Below, one piece after another: positions 26,302 to 32,000 of a stretch of 32,000 nucleotides of DNA. The translations under genes were made by a program, and so were the position numbers. The stretch lies in contig NZ_CP013011.1 of the NCBI RefSeq assembly GCF_001412615.1, positions 360,001-392,000 on the forward strand. The letters are read 5' to 3'. Below the pieces are notes generated by a model that saw nothing but the letters and a program-made list of their open reading frames with translations, did not search any database and had not been told where the DNA came from. Origin of the DNA: Pyrodictium delaneyi. GTDB lineage: Archaea > Thermoproteota > Thermoprotei_A > Sulfolobales > Pyrodictiaceae. The first letter of the stretch is position 1, and the number at the start of each line of letters is the position of its first letter.

Positions 26302-27087
26302 ATGACAGCCCCAGTAGCTGAGAGACCATATGTTACAGCCAACATAGCCCAGAATTCACAGATACTCGCAGACGATGCTTTTCTAAACCAACTCATGAGT
26401 GCTACTGAGAATGTCAGGCGACTCGAGACAAGGCTATCTGGAACCCATGGACAACTACGAGATCTCATACGTAGCCTCGGACTCGAAACTGGTTTCTACC
26501 TCGTGCTAGTAGAACTCGGCAACATATCTGCAAGGATACTAGTACATAACGGCATTATAACCGCCGCCGAGGCAGCAGTCGAAGGACAAAGACTCTCAGG
26601 GCCCAATGCCGTAAAACTCCTTGACGACGAGGCCTCAGACGAGGCTGTAATAGCCATAGCTAGGCTCCGTCCATACCTCTATCAGTGGAGCCCTAAGATG
26701 ACCGTCTACGTCAAGGGCATAGATCTACAGCACCGGCAGCTCGTACGGGCTGTCAACAACCTCTACCTCTCCTTGCTCTCGGGTAAACCTCGTAGCGTGC
26801 TACAAGGCATTCTAGACTTCCTAGCCGAGTACACGGTATTCCACTTTAGGAGTGAGGAGAGATTCTTCGAGAAGCACGGCTATCCACGGGCCGAACAGCA
26901 CCGGTTAGAGCACCGAAAATTCGTAGAGAGGATAGAGGACTTCCGGATGAAATACCGGACGGGTGAAGCGAGACTCAACATAGACATGTTGATGTTCCTC
27001 GCTGACTGGATACGGGGCCATATAATGAAGAGCGATAAAGACTATGGTGAGTGGCTGAAGCGCCAGGGAGTAGTCAAAACCGTCTAG
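26302..27087 (+). CDS. Two-domain protein: N-terminal DUF4388/PATAN-like domain fused to a bacteriohemerythrin domain
   Basis: The C-terminal ~130 aa carry the full hemerythrin ligand set: 'GIDLQHRQL', 'FHFRSEERFF', 'AEQHRLEHRKFV', 'DWIRGHIMKSDKDYG'. The N-terminal 'LRDLIRSLGLETGFYLVLVELGNISARILVHNGIITAAEAAVEGQRLSGPNAVKLL' resembles DUF4388. Confidence 0.85.
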   Translation: MTAPVAERPYVTANIAQNSQILADDAFLNQLMSATENVRRLETRLSGTHGQLRDLIRSLGLETGFYLVLVELGNISARILVHNGIITAAEAAVEGQRLSGPNAVKLLDDEASDEAVIAIARLRPYLYQWSPKMTVYVKGIDLQHRQLVRAVNNLYLSLLSGKPRSVLQGILDFLAEYTVFHFRSEERFFEKHGYPRAEQHRLEHRKFVERIEDFRMKYRTGEARLNIDMLMFLADWIRGHIMKSDKDYGEWLKRQGVVKTV

Positions 27088-27130
27088 GCGAAGATATCCG
27101 GGTTAGAGGCGGAAGAAATCCTCTAGGAGC

Positions 27131-28273
27131 TTAGTCGATTGGTGTTAAGCCGGTCTCGAGCATCTTGCGCACTTGTAGCCAAGTCTCTTTCATCTTTCTT
27201 ATACGTGTTTTCAGCAGGCCATTTTCCTCCCGTATCTCGACGAGGACCAAGTCCACCCCGAGCCCCTGCATATAGTCCATGAACTCCTCTAGTTCGCTGC
27301 GGCTGGCGAACTCTAGCTCAAACTCCTCGTAAACCATGTCCCCGGCTGCGACCTTCTTCACGGTCTCTATCGCCGGCTGTAACGCTGCCCGGCCCAGCTC
27401 TAGGGCGAGCGCATCGAGTCTCGGCCCAGTAAGCCCCTCCTCGTAAACCCGGAATATCTCGCGGAGCAGCCTAGAGAATAGGAAGCCACGCCCCTCCTCC
27501 ATGAAGAACCTCATACCGTATCTTATATCGCCTATGTTCGTGGCTGGTGTTGTGTACTTGAGCGGGGGTACCCGGTACTCGGGATCCTTGACTATTACTC
27601 CTTCGCGGCCCTCCTGGTTCAGCCTCTCTACTATCTTCTTGAACCCCTCGATATCGTTCTTGTCTAGCACCCCTAGCACAGGGACATGGGGGACTCCGTG
27701 TTTCTCCGTCACTTCGTCACGCCAGCCTGGGGGGAGCGGCTTGCCTTCACGGAATACATCGAATACAAAGTAGCCGAAGCGTGGAGCTTCGGGGTAGAAG
27801 TACCTCGTATAGGGGTTCTCCAGCCCTATGACCTCCCCCGCTGCCACGTGCTCCTCAGGGCCGAGCTCGCGGAGCATATCCTTCAGCTGGTTGCCCATTA
27901 TACGCTCTAGCCGAGAGGTGGTGTAGGGACAGATGAAACCGCCCCGCGTCACCGCTATTATCCGGTCGTCTATGAGGGCCACCCTCACGTTGTAGCCGTT
28001 CAGCTTCTCCTCAACCACTATTTTGTCTACGAAGTGACGTGGAAGAGCTACGCTAGGAAGAACCATACGCTGTATCGAAGGGTAGCCGGGGATTAGCCTC
28101 CACCATCCCCTCCCAAACACTATGACAGTGCCTTCAGGGTGCCCTGCAACCTCGCGGCGTAGGGACGCGTAGAGGATGCCACGGAACACCCGGTATCTTA
28201 TCGTCCTGTGCCGGGCCAGATGCTCTACACGCTCTCTGTCGATGCCGAGTGCTTCTGCAACAACATCAAGCAT
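27131..28273 (-). CDS. ATP-dependent RNA ligase (Pab1020 / Rnl3 family)
   Basis: Nucleotidyl-transferase motif I 'VVEEKLNGYNVRV' (Lys nucleophile), 'GEVIGLENPY', 'EGVIVKDPE'. The ATG at 28273 ('MLDVVAEALGIDRERVEHL') gives ~380 aa, as in Pab1020. The track's GTG at 28417 adds 48 AT-rich, Cys/His-odd codons that are unlikely to be coding. Confidence 0.85.
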   Translation of the reverse strand: MLDVVAEALGIDRERVEHLARHRTIRYRVFRGILYASLRREVAGHPEGTVIVFGRGWWRLIPGYPSIQRMVLPSVALPRHFVDKIVVEEKLNGYNVRVALIDDRIIAVTRGGFICPYTTSRLERIMGNQLKDMLRELGPEEHVAAGEVIGLENPYTRYFYPEAPRFGYFVFDVFREGKPLPPGWRDEVTEKHGVPHVPVLGVLDKNDIEGFKKIVERLNQEGREGVIVKDPEYRVPPLKYTTPATNIGDIRYGMRFFMEEGRGFLFSRLLREIFRVYEEGLTGPRLDALALELGRAALQPAIETVKKVAAGDMVYEEFELEFASRSELEEFMDYMQGLGVDLVLVEIREENGLLKTRIRKMKETWLQVRKMLETGLTPID

Positions 28274-28551
28274 CCAGGACTCCGGGCTATGTATCCAAGT
28301 CAATGCACTCACCTCATCGACTTTACACAACACCATGATTCCATGACTACAACAATGAGTATAATCTAACGTCCTATCTGTATTCAGAGGATTATATACC
28401 ATTATACATAACAACACCTACTATACGACTATACGATGAATAGCTTGATCCTTCTCTACGGTTATAGTCTATACACCTTCTGAGAAATTATTATCTTAGA
28501 GGCAGTCCTCTGAGGTGGTGTAAAAACAATGCAGCTTCTCTGGAGCAGCAT

Positions 28552-28854
28552 TTATGCTTGCTTTTCCTTCTCTATAACAGCTGCTGTGCCATATGCTAGC
28601 AACAATACCCACTCGCCACCTACACCTACTACGCGGCGTGTCTCTATTCTGAGCCCTAGCACCGCGTTGGCACCCATCTTCTTGGCATCATGTCTTAGTT
28701 TCTCGAGGATAACGTCCAGCTCGGCCTCTAGTCCTGCTACTGTAAGGCTTATCGGCCTTGATGCGTAGATGAGTCCCTTTAGCTCCTTAACCTGGTAGCC
28801 TACTGGCTGCTCGATACTAAGTAGTAGTACATCCTCTGACATAGCTGGGCTCAC
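28552..28854 (-). CDS. YbjQ/UPF0145-family small protein
   Basis: 100 aa. 'VGYQVKELKGLIYA' ... 'AKKMGANAVLGLRIETRRV...LLLAYGTAAVI' follows the UPF0145 pattern (GA.AV.G.........GTAV). A minus-strand T5 run (plus-strand AAAAA at 28524-28528) lies downstream. Confidence 0.65.
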   Translation of the reverse strand: MSPAMSEDVLLLSIEQPVGYQVKELKGLIYASRPISLTVAGLEAELDVILEKLRHDAKKMGANAVLGLRIETRRVVGVGGEWVLLLAYGTAAVIEKEKQA

Positions 28855-28966
28855 CCCTACTGGTTAATAATAGGCGATAGGTGGGCTAAATCCTCATAGT
28901 TAACGAGTAGAGATAATGGTTACATAGGCGTATGATCGTTGGCTTAGTTGCAGTGCTAGCAGCCCT

Positions 28967-30175
28967 CTAGGCTCTCTTCTCCAGTCTCCTTAGAAGAGCT
29001 GTCGTCAGCATAGTGACTCTTACCTTGCCTAGGCCCCGGGCTAGGAGGAGGCCATGCTGGAGCACGGTATAGCACTTAATGCATGGCGTAACGACTTCGC
29101 GTACGTTGTGACTCATTACTCTGTTTGCTCTCCAGCGGTACACCTTGTTACGTGTCTCGACGAATGGCTTCTCGCGGACATAGTTGACGCCGCCCCCGCC
29201 GCCGCAGCAGAATGTGTACGGCGGTTTATCCTTCATCCGTCTAGCACCAGATAGCTTCGTCACTATGGGGCATGCATAGCTGTAGCCGAAGCGGCAGAAG
29301 CCACAGCTCGTGAAGAGTACAGCATTCTTATCCTCCTCGTCAGGCTTGAGTACACTGCTGGGGGCACGTTTATAGACTAGTGTGAATACGTCTACGAATT
29401 CTATCCCTCCTAGTCTTGTAAGTCCATACTTCTCAGCTATGTGTACAAGTTTTATGTCGGCACCACAAGCCGACATTATAACAGTCTTTGCACCTAGCCT
29501 CTTGGCCTCCTCGATAACTTTCTCGAGCATTTCTGCACCTATGTCCGGTCTCGCGGCGTCAACCGCTACATTGCCGCCTAGGTCGAGGGCACTAGGAGAA
29601 ACCGTCACCTCTACACCTATGCCCCGTAGTAACTTGAGCGTCTCAGTAAGCCTGTCAGGGTAGAGCGTGGTCTCGAATGGTGAGGGCACGTATAGGGCTT
29701 CTCCAGGGCCGCCCGGCTCGACGCCAGCCTTACGAGCAGCCTCCTCAAGGACGCGGCGAGGCTCACTAGGGTCTACGGTGAAGCTGTGGCCAGACCGGCT
29801 CCCGTTGACCGCTACCTGCTCTATACTCTTCAATGCTTTGCCTTCAAGACTCAGCCTCATCTTTGCTGCATGTACTAGCCTCCAGATCTCTATGCCGTAT
29901 GGACACAGAGCTGTACATGCGCCGCACATGCTGCAAGTATAGAGGGTGTAGAGGTCTTCCTCAGATGGTTTATCACCTAGGAGAATGCGGGCTGCTACTT
30001 GTAGGCGTCGAGGCGGCGATAAACGAGGGTCCCTAGTGGCTCGATATGATGTGCATCCTGCTAGACATACTAGGCACCGACTACAAGTTGCCAGTGCTTC
30101 TCGTGCAATCTCCTCTGCCTCAGAGAGCATTGCTTGTAGGCCGCTTTGCCTAACCCCGGGCATCTTTAACGCCAT
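28967..30175 (-). CDS. HdrD/DsrK/GlpC-like iron-sulfur protein (two 4Fe-4S ferredoxin motifs plus cysteine-rich CCG domains)
   Basis: 'CSRCLVCLAGC' and 'CSMCGACTALCP' (CX2CX2CX3C), followed by 'MSACGADIK', 'TSCGFCRFGY', 'FCCGGGGG' and 'TPCIKC', which are typical of CCG domains. Confidence 0.85.
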   Translation of the reverse strand: MALKMPGVRQSGLQAMLSEAEEIAREALATCSRCLVCLAGCTSYRATRDPRLSPPRRLQVAARILLGDKPSEEDLYTLYTCSMCGACTALCPYGIEIWRLVHAAKMRLSLEGKALKSIEQVAVNGSRSGHSFTVDPSEPRRVLEEAARKAGVEPGGPGEALYVPSPFETTLYPDRLTETLKLLRGIGVEVTVSPSALDLGGNVAVDAARPDIGAEMLEKVIEEAKRLGAKTVIMSACGADIKLVHIAEKYGLTRLGGIEFVDVFTLVYKRAPSSVLKPDEEDKNAVLFTSCGFCRFGYSYACPIVTKLSGARRMKDKPPYTFCCGGGGGVNYVREKPFVETRNKVYRWRANRVMSHNVREVVTPCIKCYTVLQHGLLLARGLGKVRVTMLTTALLRRLEKRA

Positions 30176-30294
30176 GCTAATAACCCTGGAGGTTGCAGCC
30201 TAAAACTAATCTATAGAGTGTATATCGCAAATTTTCAAAATAACACCTATAAAGCCGTTAACTATCACGGCCTCTCGGGAGGGATTAAATAAGG

Positions 30295-30936
30295 ATGGTA
30301 ATCGATGAGGCCGCATTACGCGCCGCTATAACCGACGCGCTGCTACGCTCTGCCGGCCTTCCAACTCTAGCCGATGTGAAGAAGATGCTCTCGGAAGCGG
30401 AATCAAAAACCACAGTAACTATTGTTACCGACGATTCTAAGTACGGGAAGCACGGAGTCGATGTAGTTAGGAATCTCCTAACAGATTATGACTTTGTGGA
30501 AATTAAGGTGCTCGAAAAGTCTAGTTGGCCAGAGGATTTACCTCCACCACTCATAGTTATTGGCGGCAAGCTTGAAGGTAGGCTACTATTCTACGGGGCA
30601 CCGGTCGATATACTTTCACCTATGTTCATGCTTGCTGTCGCAGCGTCATGCGGAGCATGGAAGCCTAAGACCTGCAAGGATATTAGTGAAGCAAGAGGCC
30701 GAGCAAGACTTTACGTTGTACCGGGTCTACCCTGTGCACGCGCGATATACAACTCTCTGCCCATCGTGTACTGCAGTAATGAGGCCGAGCTGGAAATAGT
30801 AAACGTAGAGGCATTCTATACACTCAATAAACCGCTACCAGTAAAGCAAGTCCCCACCTTTGTATCACCAAGCGGCAAGAAGCATTCCTCGACACCTAGA
30901 AGCGAGTTTGAGGTGCTCAAGTGGTGGCACAGCTAA
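30295..30936 (+). CDS. Protein-disulfide-oxidoreductase (PDO)-like double thioredoxin-fold protein with degenerate active sites
   Basis: Collinear by eye with P. furiosus PDO: 'VTIVTDDSKYGKHG' (where PDO has CxxC), 'GRLLFYGAPVDILSPMF', 'ARLYVVPGLPCARAIYN' (CxxA where PDO has CPYC), and cis-Pro block 'VKQVPTFV'. An oligo-T stretch lies after the stop at 30953-30958. Confidence 0.55.
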   Translation: MVIDEAALRAAITDALLRSAGLPTLADVKKMLSEAESKTTVTIVTDDSKYGKHGVDVVRNLLTDYDFVEIKVLEKSSWPEDLPPPLIVIGGKLEGRLLFYGAPVDILSPMFMLAVAASCGAWKPKTCKDISEARGRARLYVVPGLPCARAIYNSLPIVYCSNEAELEIVNVEAFYTLNKPLPVKQVPTFVSPSGKKHSSTPRSEFEVLKWWHS

Positions 30937-31070
30937 GCCTACGTAGATTATCTCTTTTAAATGTCTTATTTCGAATTGCTTGCAATAAACAGTTATAGGT
31001 AGAAGTAAACACCCGTAACATAAACTCACGGGGACCCCGAAAGTACGGCCCTACTGGAGGTGAACAGTTA

Positions 31071-31316
31071 ATGGCACGTGTAGAAGAGTTAGACCTTACA
31101 AAGCTGACTGCTCTCTGTGGCGACTTTAGTGTCCATGTACTCAGCAAGCTTGAGGGTCTTAAGTCGGGCGAGAGACTCGTGGTAAAGGTTAGGAAAGACG
31201 ACAAAGACCTACTAGAAGCTGCGGTCTCGGCTGTTAGGGATGCAGGTATCGCTAAGCCTGTAGGAGAAGGCGAGGAAGGAGAGATATTCTACGTGATACT
31301 AGAGAAGCAGAGGTGA
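31071..31316 (+). CDS. TusA/SirA-like small protein
   Basis: 81 aa. 'LDLTKLTALCGDFSVHVLSKLEGLKSGERLVVKV...EIFYVILEK' follows the TusA pattern (LD..gL.C....l..k..l..l..GE.L.v ... y.i.i.K) with a single Cys16. GGAGGTGA (31056-31063) lies 7 nt before the ATG. Confidence 0.55.
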   Translation: MARVEELDLTKLTALCGDFSVHVLSKLEGLKSGERLVVKVRKDDKDLLEAAVSAVRDAGIAKPVGEGEEGEIFYVILEKQR

Positions 31317-31324
31317 CAGTCTCA

Positions 31325-31945
31325 ATGATTTCTAACACCAGTTTACTTTCTTTCACAACTAATTATGGATTCATTGTACTTCTGATTGCTGCTCTAGCAC
31401 CCTTAGTATATGTCGGTATCTATGGCTCAGCTGGCTACCGGTTTGTCTACAGCACCATTGCCCGGCTTCTAAAGGTGATACCACAAGCATCAATGCTTGA
31501 TCACCCTTCGCCCCTAGTAGGGCTAGCTGCTGCTATACTTCACACGGGCGTCATACTAGCAGTCATCGCTCATCTAGTCCTCTTCGCTGCACAATGGAAT
31601 GGAGGCCTCTACCAGCTAACACCCTCTATAGTGCAGACTGTACTCTACGCGAAGAAGACTGCAGCCATCATGATAGTCTCTTCGGCGTCCATATTAGCTG
31701 CTACCAGGCTCTACACTGGCGTACGCTTCGGTCTATTCAGCTGGAAGCACGCATGCCTCCTCGCTGGAGACTTGCTTCTAATAGCACTCGCTGCTTCCGG
31801 TCTCCTCATAAAGGCTGGCATTAACTACGTGATAGCACACGTAATCCTTGGGTATGTTGCTATAGCGTATTTCCTGATAGCGTTCTTCACCGAACATCGG
31901 CTTTACTCCCGGGTCCTCGCCGAGAAGCGTATACTAGAGGTGTAA
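31325..31945 (+). CDS. NarI/DsrM/HdrE-like five-TM putative di-haem b-type cytochrome
   Basis: Five hydrophobic helices. His pairs H77/H87 ('ILHTGVILAVIAHLV') and H176/H195 ('IAHVILGYVAIAYFLIAFFTEH'), numbered from the GTG at 31313. The ATG at 31325 sits 8 nt after GAGGTGA (31310-31316). The GTG at 31313 overlaps the TusA-like stop and is the alternative start. Confidence 0.55.
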   Translation: MISNTSLLSFTTNYGFIVLLIAALAPLVYVGIYGSAGYRFVYSTIARLLKVIPQASMLDHPSPLVGLAAAILHTGVILAVIAHLVLFAAQWNGGLYQLTPSIVQTVLYAKKTAAIMIVSSASILAATRLYTGVRFGLFSWKHACLLAGDLLLIALAASGLLIKAGINYVIAHVILGYVAIAYFLIAFFTEHRLYSRVLAEKRILEV

Positions 31946-31952
31946 AGCCCCA

Positions 31953-32000
31953 TTGAAACCCAAGACATTAACTATCGCAGCGATAGGTCTTATTGCCGTA
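31953..32000 (+). CDS. Start of a further gene (N-terminal hydrophobic/signal-anchor segment), truncated by the window end
   Basis: The TTG at 31953 lies 10 nt after GAGGTG (31937-31942). It reads 'MKPKTLTIAAIGLIAV' with no stop before nt 32000. Confidence 0.3.
   Translation, partial: MKPKTLTIAAIGLIAV

Noticed and set aside
28274-28417. 48-codon N-terminal extension of the RNA ligase ORF (GTG at 28417)
   Set aside because: The segment is AT-rich, like the intergenic regions. It encodes an odd Cys/His/Tyr-rich peptide ('MLLCIMVYNPLNTDRTLDYTHCCSHG'). The Met at 28273 reproduces the expected family length and N-terminal character.
1-32000. CRISPR arrays, rRNA or tRNA genes, IS elements
   Set aside because: I saw no regularly spaced 24-37-bp repeats, no tRNA-like cloverleaf or GTTCRAATC T-loop in any intergenic gap, no rRNA-like stretch, and no transposase ORF or terminal inverted repeats.
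28300-32000. Impression of lower GC in the last ~3.7 kb, hinting at foreign origin
   Set aside because: Spot counts of individual 60-nt rows ranged from ~42% to ~70% GC within the same gene, so the signal is heterogeneous. I cannot compute a proper sliding-window or codon-adaptation statistic by eye.

Overview
The window looks like chromosomal DNA from a hyperthermophilic crenarchaeon, probably Desulfurococcales (Aeropyrum- or Pyrodictiaceae-like). That placement is an inference from four things: mid-50s % GC with heavy ATA/AGG/CTA codon use, AT-rich intergenic regions with TATA boxes, frequent GTG/TTG starts, and archaeal marker genes (XerA-like recombinase, Pab1020-type RNA ligase, mannosylglycerate genes). 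Most of the window is core metabolism. This includes acs, an mpgS-mpgP (mannosylglycerate) cluster followed by a GHL6/GH42-like protein, a minus-strand argG-argH-carA-carB-argX/lysX block, an ACT-domain regulator, and a hom/aspartate kinase/asd block. Three stretches are less ordinary. (1) At 1-4 kb, a 5'-truncated GNAT-ABC ATPase fusion sits beside an uncharacterised protein whose C-terminus resembles a nucleoside-deoxyribosyltransferase/TIR-like fold. Next to them is a tyrosine recombinase with a ~168-aa P/Q/A-rich tail. (2) At 24.4-28.3 kb, an RNA ligase and its PIN-like partner are separated by three opposite-strand genes, one of which is a hemerythrin fusion. (3) At 29-32 kb, an HdrD/DsrK-like Fe-S protein faces a divergent cluster of a PDO-like thioredoxin-fold protein with degenerate active sites, a TusA-like protein and a NarI/DsrM-like di-haem membrane protein. 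I found no rRNA, tRNA, CRISPR array or clear transposon. All homology calls are by-eye motif recognition, with no searches run. Several ORF-track starts are probably too long, and I give alternatives for those.
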